Part shown: positions 1 through 12,430 of the stretch, one piece after another
How the letters are laid out: every line of letters begins with the position of its first letter
Position numbering within the stretch: position 1 is the first letter of the stretch
Source of the DNA: Octopus bimaculoides
Lineage: Eukaryota
Reading direction: 5' to 3'
NCBI RefSeq assembly: GCF_001194135.2
Contig: NC_068993.1
Span: forward strand, 6,592,237-6,656,236
Length of the DNA stretch: 64,000 nucleotides
The notes under the pieces: generated by a model
Databases searched by the model: none
What the model was told of the DNA's origin: nothing
The model's input: only the letters and a program-made list of their open reading frames with translations
Translations under genes and position numbers: made by a program

Positions 1-477
1 TCGTTTTATAGCAATATACATACACAAACTTATGTGTGCAAATATAAATATCTGTGTGTATATATGTGTGTAGATATAAATACCTGCATATGTGTGTGTG
101 TATGAGCGTGTGTGTGTGCACATGTATGTATATTATCAGTATCATTGTAATGTCTACTTATGCATGCTTGCACAGGTCAGACAAACTTCACTGAATGCAC
201 ATTTTCTACGACTGCATACCCTTTCCGTCACCAACCCTCGTTTCCAAGCAAGTTCTATTTCCCTGTAGCCAGACATGTCTTTCATGGAAGACTGGAAATA
301 AAATAGCATTCCTTGTATGATGGTGACACTGGTTTATAACTGTCACAATGTGAAGACATTGAGACACACAAATGGATGCATGCATCAGTACATATACTTA
401 TTTTAAATGCTGGCATTTATTCCACTCTTTTGAGAACCGAAGACCACATAATTGAGATGGCATTGGTGATGATGAGC

Positions 478-532
<55 letters not shown>

Positions 533-812
533 CAATTTATTTACAATATAAATTGTTAGATTGTCAATTGTATTTCTCTATTTAATTTATTGTTTCTAAT
601 TTGTATTTATGCCCCTACTTCTGTTGTACCAGTTAATTGGATGTTTTACACCCCATTGAAAGAATCTTTCCTTCATTTGTTACATTGGGGTTTCCTAGGG
701 TTAAATAGCAGTAGCATTCTTCCTTTTCATGGGACTGCCACATTAAGTTGGCAACATAACATCACCTTATCATGCTGCCACTGTATAAATCTCTCTGAGA
801 GATTTAGAAATG

Positions 813-850
<38 letters not shown>

Positions 851-871
851 TTAGTAATTGCCAGAAGTTAG

Positions 872-1095
872 AGAAGACTGCATTGGTACAGATATTCAAT
901 GTATATGGATGATAACAGATGGTAAATGAAGTTCCAGGAGATTCAGGTGAAAGGAGAGCATGAAAGAGGACCATCAAGGAAGCCATGGACCAGAAGTGGC
1001 GAACCACTGCAGCCCAGGAATTTGAACCTCATAATGGAAATGGCAAAAGGACCAGCATATGGTGGGACGCTGAGCAGGAAAGGACAATCCTATTC
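872..1095 (+). mobile_element. Decayed RTE-type LINE ORF C-terminal fragment
   Basis: Frame RRLHWYRYSMYMDDNRW*MKFQEIQVKGEHERGPSRKPW resembles the RLxWxGHVxRM...GxRxRGRPxxxW tail of RTE ORFs, with an in-frame stop. Confidence 0.6.
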
Positions 1096-1646
1096 GTGCA
1101 AGCTTAGAAAACCAGATGTAGAAGTGATGATAGAATGTGTGTGAGAGAGAGAGGGAGTAAAACCAAGGTTTCATAAAGAAGAATGGAGAATTTATACATC
1201 TCAAAAGTTGTTTATTACACTATCATTCTCATAAAATTCCAATCTGACATGCAGAAACTCATATTGGATTGGAATTTAATGAAAATAATACTGTAATAAA
1301 TGAATTTTGAGGGTGTATAATACTCCAGTCTTCTTTATAATGTCTTGATTATATACTTTGAATGTTGTATGAAACCCAATGGAATAAACCCAGGATTTAA
1401 CTGTCGATTGAAGTACTCTCTTTTACTTGTTTCAGTCATTTGACTGCGGCCATGCTGGAGCACTGCCTTTAGTCTCGCTCAAGGACACAATGCACCGTAA
1501 CCACTAAGCCACATATACACACACACACACACACACGAACATGTATATACGTTCATTTGTATGTCTTGTATACCACGTGGCATTTTTGTAGGATATGTGG
1601 TAACTTAGCCATTTGATAAATAGAGATCAATAAATAAATAAAAAGA

Positions 1647-2016
1647 GGCGCAGGAGTAGCTGTGTGGTAAGTGACTTGCTTCCCAACCACATGGTTCCAG
1701 GTTCAGTCCCACTGCATGGCACCTTGGGCAAGTCTCTTTTGCTATAGCCTCAGGCAGACCAAAGCCCTGAGAGTGGATTTGGTAGATGGAAACTGAAAGA
1801 AGCCCGTCATATATATACATATTTGTGTGTGTTTGTCCCCCCTACCATCACTTGATGATGATGTTGGTGCGTTTATGTCCCCGTAACTTAGCGGTTTGGC
1901 AAAAGTGAACGATAGAATAAGTACTAGGCTTACAAAGAATAAGTCCTGGTGTTGATTTCTTCGACTCTGATTGACAAATAGGCTTGAAGGTGGTACTCCA
2001 GCATGGCCAGAGTCCA
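1647..2016 (+). mobile_element. SINE family A
   Basis: Same head, central domain and 3' part as 41608-42007. Confidence 0.8.
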
Positions 2017-2692
2017 CTGTGTAGAAGCAACCGAAGGACTAAAAGAACGCATGCATAAGACTAAGACGGCAGGGTGGTGGAGGAGGAGAAGGAGGTGAGG
2101 AGAGAGAGGAAGGGAGATAATCGAAATGCTTTACTTGACTGGATTGAAGTAGAAATAAAGACTCAGAAAGAGAAAGAGAGAAAATAACAAGAAATAAGAT
2201 TGGGAGAAAAATCAATCTTATGTTAATGAGGAGAATTAGANNNNNNNNNNNNNNNNNNNNNNNNNNNNNNNNNNNNNNNNNNNNNNNNNNNNNNNNNNNN
2301 NNNNNNNNNNNNNNNNNNNNNNNNNNNNNNNNNNNNNNNNNNNNNNNNNNNNNNNNNNNNNNNNNNNNNNNNNNNNNNNNNNNNNNNNNNNNNNNNNNNN
2401 NNNNNNNNNNNNNNNNNNNNNNNNNNNNNNNNNNNNNNNNNNNNNNNNNNNNNNNNNNNNNNNNNNNNNNNNNNNNNNNNNNNNNNNNNNNNNNNNNNNN
2501 NNNNNNNNNNNNNNNNNNNNNNNNNNNNNNNNNNNNNNNNNNNNNNNNNNNNNNNNNNNNNNNNNNNNNNNNNNNNNNNNNNNNNNNNNNNNNNNNNNNN
2601 NNNNNNNNNNNNNNNNNNNNNNNNNNNNNNNNNNNNNNNNNNNNNNNNNNNNNNNNNNNNNNNNNNNNNNNNNNNNNNNNNNNNNNNNNNNN

Positions 2693-2746
<54 letters not shown>

Positions 2747-3569
2747 GTATTATACAATTTGTGAGGCTTAATACAACAACTGTTGGTAAGGTAAAGGTAA
2801 ACACACATACACAAAAATACATACAGACACACAAGAACAATTATTGACATATATACATACGTCTATTAATCAATTAGTGAAAGATTAAATGCTTTAATTG
2901 TTGGACAGACAGTCAGACAAGCAGGCACACACACACACACCTGTTACACAATTAGTAGAGACTAGTATAACACTTGTTGGTTGTCTACACCGACACCTAC
3001 CCACCTGTGTGTATGTCTATCTATCTTTCTCTCTATTTATCTGTCTTCCTCCATCTTTCTATCTATACCTCTGTCCTGGCCTCTACTTCACTGCTATACC
3101 CTTCTGTCCCTTCCTCCTTGTTCCACTTCCTCCCTCCACCATCCTCTCTGCTCTCGTGTGACCTGTGGTCAACTTTCTTTTCACTCCAGCCGCTGTGAAG
3201 GCAAGACGAACTACTAGCGTTCTACCTCAGATTTGCGTTTGGCCGTACGGCTTTTGAATGTTGTTTTCACTGTCCATTTCTTCCTGTCTTGGTTTGTGTT
3301 TGCCACCTTGGAATCCTCTGTGTAGTGGGTTGATCCACTACTCAGGAAGAGACTATTCTAGAGTACGTTCTGTCTTATCTTCGAAACGTCTAGATAGAAT
3401 AGAGACAGCTGATGAAGGGATATTCCAAGTGGCTTTCCGTTTTCCTATATGTTCGTTCCGTTGTCTGTAGTTTATTGTTCTAACGTCCTGTACCCTGATA
3501 TGCATGTATATACACATGTAGATGTAAGTATGTACATATATGTGTGTATACATGTATATATATTCTTTG

Positions 3570-3605
<36 letters not shown>

Positions 3606-4914
3606 CTATTTAAATAGACTTAACTCTACACTTGATAGCCGTACACACATACCTAATAACATATGCAAGCTTCATTGTGCACATATACAAATCTATAGAC
3701 TCACTGGCATTTGTTCCACATATGCCTATGTGCTCAGGTGTACACATACAATAGTATACACACCTGATTCAGTTCATACAGCGCATCTGTTATACACATG
3801 TATATACTTATATCCTTTACACACGCGCGCGCGCGTGTGTGTGTGTGTGTGAGCGAATGTACACACATACTGTATGCCCGTTACATATATGTTTTGTATC
3901 CATTCACATGGCTCCATACCTGAATTTTTGTTGCTGGATACACATACCTGTATGGTTATATATTGGCTTAGTCACACACACAAATGCATGCTCATACACA
4001 CACACACACAAACATGATATATAATTCAGTAAGTTAAATAACTGCAACACGTTTATTTAACAGATGCAACCACACACACACACACACAATCAGTATAAAA
4101 TTTGCAAGGTGTATTTACACTCACATACATACATACAATCTCACATTTAAAAAAGTCTCTCTCGCTCTCTCTCTCTCTCCATCTTTCTCTCACACACACA
4201 ATGATCCAAGCACATATCGGAACGGTACAACACACATGCATACCTCACACCACACACACACACACAGCATGCAGTTCAGGTGCACCGGATGCAACAGTAG
4301 CAGCAGCAGAAGCAGTAGTAGTACTAGTAGCAGCAGCAGTCACATCACAAGCGTTTAACTCCCAGTAAAATGTACTCACAGATGGAATATAAGCACAAAG
4401 TATAGGAAATGATGCATTAGTTGTGATGGATCTTGCGTCTTGTTTCGACAACGAGCTTTCCAGTGGTTCAATCAACGTAACAGCCTACTCAGTGAATTAG
4501 GAGTGCTACAGCTTATAGCAGGTGCCTGAGTATTCCACAGTCACACTGGGAGCCTTAACTGTCTGTGACAAGGCAGGTTCACTGATTTTTCTAGTGCAGT
4601 TGCATCTTACAGGATGCTTTCTACAAATTTCTGTGCCTCAAATGGTTGAGTATCTCACAGATGTTTTGGACCTTAAAGTAATCATAAGGTAGACTCAGTA
4701 TTGTATAAGAGGCTAGAGGCTATGTGGCTGCGTATCCAAGATGCGTTCTACCTTGAGAGTAATCTTCGGATGGAACCAGGATAGCACTGTGTGTACCAAG
4801 ACTAACCCTATCGATTAAAAGCCACCACCACCACCACCACCTCACCTACATCCCCATCCCTACCCTTCTTCACATCCACCTCTTCCTCCATCTCTAACTC
4901 TCTCACATACTTAA

Positions 4915-5225
4915 AACTGGTGTTCTGCCCGTTACGACGACAGGGGTTCCAGTTGATCCAATGAACGGAGCATCCTCCTCGTGGCTGAGCACTCCACAGA
5001 CACATGTACCCTTAACAGTGTTCCCCGGGAAGATGCAGCATGACATATAATCTGACAAGGCTGACCCCTTTTTAATTACAGGTACAACTCATTTTTGCCA
5101 GCTGAGTGGACTGAAGCAACATGAAATAAAGTGTCTTGCTCAAGGACACAACGCACCACCAGGAATTGAACTCACGACCATACGACCATGAGCCAGATAC
5201 CCTTACCACTAAGCCTCATACCTCA
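4915..5225 (-). mobile_element. tRNA-derived SINE, family C
   Basis: Minus strand GGCTTAGTGGTAAGGG A box, GAGTTCAATTCC B box, TGTGTCCTTGAGCAAGACACTTT domain. Related copies at about 15401-15602 (+, internally deleted) and 35875-36143 (-). Confidence 0.75.
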
Positions 5226-5360
5226 CACACACTTATCAAACTTTGTTTTCTGATCCATTATCTATATCCTCTTTCTTATGCCCACCTTCTTGTACCTTGA
5301 GAGTTCACTGTAGTACCCTATCACTACCATTTTAATTTCCTTCCCAGCAACTCCTGGCTA

Positions 5361-5589
5361 AGGTTGTGAGCTGGCAGAGGGGTTAGCACGTCGGGCGAAA
5401 AGCTGAGCTGCATGTCGTCAGTCTTTACGTTCTGAGTTCAAATTCCGCCAAGGTCAACTTTGCCTTTCATCCTTTCGGGGTCGATCAATTAAGTGCCAGT
5501 TGTGTACTGGGATCAATCTAATCGACTGGCCCTCTCCCCCAAAATTTGGGCCTTGTGCCTACAGTAGAAACAATTATTATTATTATTAT
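5361..5589 (+). mobile_element. tRNA-derived SINE, family B
   Basis: GAGCTGGCAG...TTAGCAC head, GAGTTCAAATTCC B box, central TTTGCCTTTCATCCTTTCGGGGTCGAT block, (ATT)n tail. Related copies at about 18030-18190, 22310-22470, 26480-26690, 36688-36905, 37630-37715, 38500-38640, 61075-61260. Confidence 0.8.
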
Positions 5590-6137
5590 TGGTAAAATTG
5601 TAAAGCACAATTTTAAATGACTTACACTATTTAATGCCGACCTCACAACAATCTGAGTATAAAATCCACGCATCACTGACTTTGCCATTAATGTTTTGTT
5701 GTTCATTTCTAGTCTTCTGTGGCCTGGCTAGGGCAATTATTACTTTGCTTGGAAACAGGTGAGAGCTGGTGACAGGAAGAGCATCCAGCTGTAGAAAATT
5801 TGTGTCGATGGAAATGTGGATGTTAAAATGATGACGACATTGCGAAGTGGGATTGAACCTAGAACTGTAGGACTGTGAGGCAAACCTATTAGCCATTTTG
5901 ACTATAGTTGTACATATGGGTTAGTTATATGGTATGACTGGTAGTTTGGTTACTAGAGGAGTAGGAGGAGAGAAAGCAGATGAAAGATAGAGAGGGGGGA
6001 AAAGAAATACAAGAGAAAATGTGAGAAAGAAGATGAAGAAGAGATATAGTGAAAGAAGAAAGAGAAATGAGACGGATAGGAAGTGATGAGCTCTAAAAGG
6101 AAAAGATGACAAATTTGTTGATAGAAGGGGGGAGAAA

Positions 6138-6186
<49 letters not shown>

Positions 6187-8569
6187 GTAGGTAGATAGAA
6201 AGGTACGTATATAGGTAGGTAGATAGAAAGGTACGTAGATAGGTAGGTAGATAGAAAGGTACGTAGATAGGTAGATAGATAGATAGATAGGCAAGCAGAC
6301 AGGTAGGTAGATGGGAAGATAGAAAGATAGGTAAATAGGTAGATAGATGGATAGGTAAGAAGATAGAAAGGTAGATAAGAAGGTAGATAGACAGATAGAG
6401 AGACATAGACTGTTACTTATGTTGAGAGAGATTTACAAAGCTATACAGATTAGACAGACAGGTTTAATAAAGAGACAAACAGAGAGATGAGACACTGAGT
6501 TCAATACAAGTAGATAAGATGGATGGAGAGAGAGAGAGAGAGGCAGACACAAAGGTAAAAGTTAGAGGAGGAGGAGGGGGTTAAGATTTTGAAGGAGATT
6601 TGGTTGCCAATTATAACCGGTTGGGCTATTGTGGGTTGCATGGAGAGTTCCTTCTTTGGCTAGACATGAAAGTAGAGAAATAATTGGAGAATGGTGGTGG
6701 ACGAACAAGGGGAATATTTTACAGTCACAGACCAAATGGTGACAGATTTTACATATTGGAAAAAAATATATATAAAATGAAATAAAAATGAAAGGGTCTT
6801 TTTTTTTAACCACAAAATAAGAGGCAGTGAGGTGGGGGTGGGGGATTTAGAAAAATTAGATGAAAAGTGACGTAAATAGAAAAGGTGAGAGGGGAGAGGA
6901 GATGGTTCACCCAACCAAATATATCTTCATCATTTTTTTTTTTTTGCTTGTGTGCTTATTTTGTATACTCGTTCATTCATTCAGGTTAGTTTCATTGTTC
7001 ATTCATTCATAAGACTCCACAGAGATGGTAGTAGTGTGGTGAGGAGAGAGAGAGAGAGAGACAGAGAGAGATAGAGAGAGAGAGTGATGACGTGAGAAGG
7101 GCGGAGGAGATGAATACCCACTTTATAGAGTTGTATATGTGATGTGTGTGTGTGTATGTGCATGTGTGTGTGTGTATGGCAGAAAGATATACACCAGACA
7201 GCCAACTGAACACACACACACACACACACACAAAAAAATCCATACAAATAGTAAAAGTAAAACAATTCACGACTGAGTTGCAATGATTAGTAGCACCAAC
7301 AAAAACAATGCTTACTTCTACTACTACTACTACTACTACTACTACTATCACAAAGACTGTTGCTTCTATTATAATAGTAGTCACAGATGCTACTACTACT
7401 ACTATCACCAGCACTGCTGCTATTACTACTAATACTACAATACTATTGTGATTCTAGTTACTAAAGCCAGCAGCTGTTCTTCCTACACAAATCACAAGCA
7501 ACATTTCCAAAGAAAGCTGGTAAGTGCCATAGAACAAGAGGTTAAGCTACCGGACAGTGAAGATCGCATCGCCACCAGTCTTCAATTCCCATCTGGCATG
7601 GTTTCATTTTGACAGTTCTGTTGGAAAATGCAGGAACATCACAACATCTCCACTAGCTAAACTTACAAGGTCTTGAATGCTTTGAAATATTAAATTATTA
7701 TTTCACAGAGGTGTCACATAAAAAGCACTGGTGCTAATTCCACAAAGAAAGCACCCAATGCACTCTGAAAAGTGGTTGGTGCTAGGAAGGGGGCATCTGG
7801 CTGTAGAAACCATGCCAAAATAGACAATTGGAGCCTGGTGTGACCCTTGGCTTTACCAGCTCCTGTCAAACTGTTCAACCCATGCTAGCAGTTTGTAGTT
7901 TATGGAACTTATGTCTACTTACAATAAAAGTTACATACGTGGCCTTGTGGTTCAGAAGCTCAGTTCTCCACCACGTTATTTCAGGTTCAGTCCCACAACA
8001 TGGAACCTTGACCAAGTGTCTCCTATGATAGCCCTAGGTCCTTGTTTGTCCCCTCTATGTTTAACCTCCACTGTGGGCAATAAAGAAATAAATTTATGAA
8101 CCTGTGTGTGTGTGTGTCGGTGTGTGTACACTCGTATGTCTCCTTGTCCTCACACTGTGCACCAATACCATCATATAAGCTGCATCATTTGAGCACAATT
8201 TTCCATGGAAGCATAAGACCATAACAGAAGACTGGAAGAAAAATTACTTTTACTTAGAAGCAGATGAAAGAATGGTGACTGGAAGAACACGAAGCGAATG
8301 AAAACGTTCCTCAATGAATTTTGTCTGTAGAAAGGCACCCGTACTGGTGCCAAATGAAAAGCACTAGTGCCAGTGCCACATAAGAGGAGCCCATGCCAGG
8401 CCATGTAAAAAGTATCAATGATGGGGCCACATACAAAGCACCCAGTACACACTGTGAAGTTGTAGGCATTAGGAAAGACATCCAGCCATAGAAAAGAGAC
8501 AACTGGAGCCAGCTCCTGCCAAACCATCCAACCCATGCCAGCATGGAAAACAGACGTTAAAACTTCACA

Positions 8570-9266
8570 TGCAAAGACCTGTTGAGGCAAGTGAAATCAA
8601 AATCGAACTAAATTCGATGACTGGGCCCCCATGCCAACGTCTCCTTCATTGGACACTAAACTCAGCTTGCGAAGACCTGTTGGGGCAAGCGAAAGCGAAA
8701 TCATGATGGCACCTGTACCAGTGGAGCGCTAAGAGCACCATTTGAGCATGATCGTTACCAGCGTCGCCTTCCTAGCACGTGAAAAGTCATTCGAGCAAGA
8801 TCGTTGCCAGTACTATAGCCTCGGGCCGACCAAAGCCTTGTGAGTGGATTTGGTAGACAGAAACTGAAAGAAGCCCGTCGTAAGACTTATTGTGGCAAGC
8901 GAAAGCGAAATCGGGATGGCACCTGTGCCCAGCGTCGCCTTTCTGGCACTTGGGCCTGTGGCATGTGTAAGGACTTTCAAGCGAGATCGTTGCCAGTGAC
9001 CCTGGACTGGCTCTTGTGCGGGTGGCACATAAAATACACCATTTTGAGCGTGGCCGTTGCCAGTACCGCCTCACTGGCCTTCGTGCCGGTGGCACATAAA
9101 AGCACCCACTACACTCTCGGAGTGGTTGGTGTTAGGAAGGGCATCTAGTTGTAGAAACTCTGCCAGATCAGACTGGAGCCTGGTGTAGCCATCTGGTTCA
9201 CAAGTCCTCAGTCAAATCGTCCAACCCATGCCAGCATGGAAAGCGGACGGTAAACGATGATGATGA
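8570..9266 (+). mobile_element. RTE-type LINE 3' UTR with internal duplications, (GAT)n tail and an embedded SINE fragment
   Basis: Shares AAGACCTGTTGAGGCAAGTGAAATC and CCTTCATTGGACACTAAACTC blocks with 58620-58750 and ends in the same tail. Confidence 0.75.
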
Positions 9267-9678
9267 AATGAATGACATGATGACAATGGCATCTCTTTCC
9301 ATATGGAGAACTAATCCCATCTATCAGGTGATCTACCCCAGATCAAAGAGTCACAACATCTCCCACACCCACCCAGCCACCACCTACCCCCAACACTCAC
9401 ACACATAGTCACTCGATTCTTTGCACACAATGGCCAATATCACCTGTTTTTACATCAGGTGAAATAGTTGCAGTTAAAGTACAATGAATACCTAGACATA
9501 CCTGTGTCATGTGTGTCTGTAAAAAGAGGGGAGGGGAGGATGTCTTGTGACTGTTTCATCAGGTATTACTAACCAGTGACTGTAGAGGATCAGGTGAGTT
9601 TGAGGAAATATTGTGACTCTTTCGTCACAGGTAAAGTGTCAGGTGATGAGATGAATGCATGTGCAAAAGTTCTTACCA

Positions 9679-10012
9679 TCTATATATATAAAAATGAGAA
9701 TGTGTGTCTGTCTGTCTGTCTGTCTGTGTGAATCCCTAAAACTCGAGAACTACGCAACCAATTTCATTCAAATTTTACACATGCCTTACTTAGGGTTCCA
9801 GTTGTGTTTTAGTCAAAAAAAATTATTAACTTCTTGCAGAGTTCGAGTACACGGCAACATAATATCTCCTCCACTATTTAAGTATTACGTGTCAAAAGTG
9901 AAACAAAAACACTCATGTCAAATACTTTCACTTTAAAAATGAAACTATTCCACTAACTGAAACAATCACATTTCGATACTGTAGTGACAGATACTTTCAC
10001 AGAGAGAGAAAG

Positions 10013-10045
<33 letters not shown>

Positions 10046-11170
10046 TGTATATGTATACATATACATGTATATGTACACCNNNNNNNNNNNNNNNNNNNNN
10101 NNNNNNNNNNNNNNNNNNNNNNNNNNNNNNNNNNNNNNNNNNNNNNNNNNNNNNNNNNNNNNNNNNNNNNNNNNNNNNNNNNNNNNNNNNNNNNNNNNNN
10201 NNNNNNNNNNNNNNNNNNNNNNNNNNNNNNNNNNNNNNNNNNNNNNNNNNNNNNNNNNNNNNNNNNNNNNNNNNNNNNNNNNNNNNNNNNNNNNNNNNNN
10301 NNNNNNNNNNNNNNNNNNNNNNNNNNNNNNNNNNNNNNNNNNNNNNNNNNNNNNNNNNNNNNNNNNNNNNNNNNNNNNNNNNNNNNNNNNNNNNNNNNNN
10401 NNNNNNNNNNNNNNNNNNNNNNNNNNNNNNNNNNNNNNNNNNNNNNNNNNNNNNNNNNNNNNNNNNNNNNNNNNNNNNNNNNNNNNNNNNNNNNNNNNNN
10501 NNNNNNNNNNNNNNNNNNNNNNNNNNNNNNNNNNNNNNNNNNNNNNNNNNNNNNNNNNNNNNNNNNNNNNNNNNNNNNNNNNNNNNNNNNNNNNNNNNNN
10601 NNNNNNNNNNNNNNNNNNNNNNNNNNNNNNNNNNNNNNNNNNNNNNNNNNNNNNNNNNNNNNNNNNNNNNNNNNNNNNNNNNNNNNNNNNNNNNNNNNNN
10701 NNNNNNNNNNNNNNNNNNNNNNNNNNNNNNNNNNNNNNNNNNNNNNNNNNNNNNNNNNNNNNNNNNNNNNNNNNNNNNNNNNNNNNNNNNNNNNNNNNNN
10801 NNNNNNNNNNNNNNNNNNNNNNNNNNNNNNNNNNNNNNNNNNNNNNNNNNNNNNNNNNNNNNNNNNNNNNNNNNNNNNNNNNNNNNNNNNNNNNNNNNNN
10901 NNNNNNNNNNNNNNNNNNNNNNNNNNNNNNNNNNNNNNNNNNNNNNNNNNNNNNNNNNNNNNNNNNNNNNNNNNNNNNNNNNNNNNGATCACCTTCTTTT
11001 ACGAAACTTCATTGGCTTTCATATATTTATATTGATATACATATATATACGTGTGTTTGGGTGCGTGTGCGTATATACATCTCTATATATAAAGATGATG
11101 CGTAGTCTAGACGGCGTTTTTAGATTTCATTATTCTCTTTAACCCGGGCAACGCCGGGTATTTCTGCTAG
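9679..11170 (+). mobile_element. Non-autonomous Helitron (spans an N-gap)
   Basis: A^TC 5' end (TCTATATATATAAAAATGAGAATGTGTGTCTGTCTGTC); 3' GC-rich hairpin ACCCGG-gcaacg-CCGGGT (11142-11159) 7 nt before CTAG^T (11167-11170); inserted between A and T with no TSD. Confidence 0.8.
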
Positions 11171-11184
11171 TTTCATATATATAT

Positions 11185-11557
11185 AGTGGCTGTGTGGTAA
11201 GTAGCTTGCTTACCAGCTACATGGTTCCGGGTTCAGTCCCACTGCCTGGCATCTTGGGCAAGTGTCTTCTACTATAGCTTCGGGCCGACCAAAGCCTTGT
11301 GAGTGGATTTGGTAGACAGAAACTGAAAGAAGCCTGTTGTATATATGTATATATATGTGTGTGTGTGTGTCTGTGTTTGTTCCCCTAGCATTGCTTGACA
11401 ACCGATGCTGGTGTGTTTACGTCCCCGTCACTTAGCAGTTCGGCAAAAGAGACCGATAGAATAAGTACTAGGCTTACAAAGAATAAGTCCTGGGGTCGAT
11501 TTTCTCAACTGAGGGCAGTGCTCCAGCATGACTCAAACAAGTAAAAGAGTAAAAGAG
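11185..11557 (+). mobile_element. SINE family A, directly 3' of the Helitron
   Basis: Near full length. Partial copies at about 14238-14390, 14777-14890, 36965-37090, 39181-39310, 47262-47470, 47895-48050, 48590-48785, 53826-54058, 57392-57550, 63490-63760. Confidence 0.8.
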
Positions 11558-11958
11558 AATATGTACATCAGGTAGGGCCATGCAGTGAAGAACTTGACTT
11601 TCCACCTGCACTGATCAGCTTCAGTCCCACCGTGTGACACCTTGAGCAAGAGTCTTTTACTCCTGCCACAGGACAGTAACTGGTCTGAAGATCCTGCGCA
11701 CCCACAGGTAACACTCAAATTAGCAAGAAACTGACTCAACCATAATAAAATGTTGTGTGTGTGCCTCCTCATTTCCATATTGCTGAGTAGCTGTAAACAA
11801 GCATCACTGTCATACAAGCAGTGTTCTTTATTTCCTGTATTCTGTGGAAACATATCTGGTCATGGAAGAAATATTACCTTATTTGGAAACAGATGTAGGT
11901 TGGCAACAGAAAGGGCATTGACACCATGAAAATGAGCCCCAACAAATTCCATCTCACC

Positions 11959-12430
11959 CAAGGGTTCTGAACCATTTTTTTAATCTATGAGCCCTTTTTA
12001 ATTCCTATTTTATTCTTACTGGACCCTCATACCCATTCAATGTTTAAAAAAAAATCCTATTATATTTTTATAATTAAATATTAGGAATTGAATTTTAAAA
12101 ATTGTTAAAATACTTGGTGTATTCATCATCATTTAATGACCGCTGTCCATACTGGCATGGGTGGGATGGTTTGACCAGGGCTGGCAAGCTGGAAGGCTGC
12201 ACCAGACTCCAGTCTGATTTGGCATGGCGCCAACCATTCTGAGAGTGTAATGGTTGCTTTTATGTGCCACCAGCAGCATGGGTACCATTGGCGAGACACC
12301 AGTATCTGCCACGACTGCAATTTACTATGGGTCTTCTCAGAAGTATAACCAGTTTATTGTATATAAATTTTAACAACAAAATCTTATGTGGATCCCTCAA
12401 GGGTCATGTAAACCCTAGATGAGAACCACC
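11959..12430. mobile_element. Degenerate hAT-type MITE with a nested RTE 3' end
   Basis: Ends CAAGGGTTCTGAACC / AGATGAGAACCACC resemble CAGTGGTTCTCAAC-type TIRs; LINE tail inserted at about 12124-12320. Confidence 0.45.

Noticed and set aside
1647-1720. tRNA-like A and B boxes here and at other SINE heads
   Set aside because: They continue into SINE bodies and do not form a full cloverleaf, so they are not tRNA genes.
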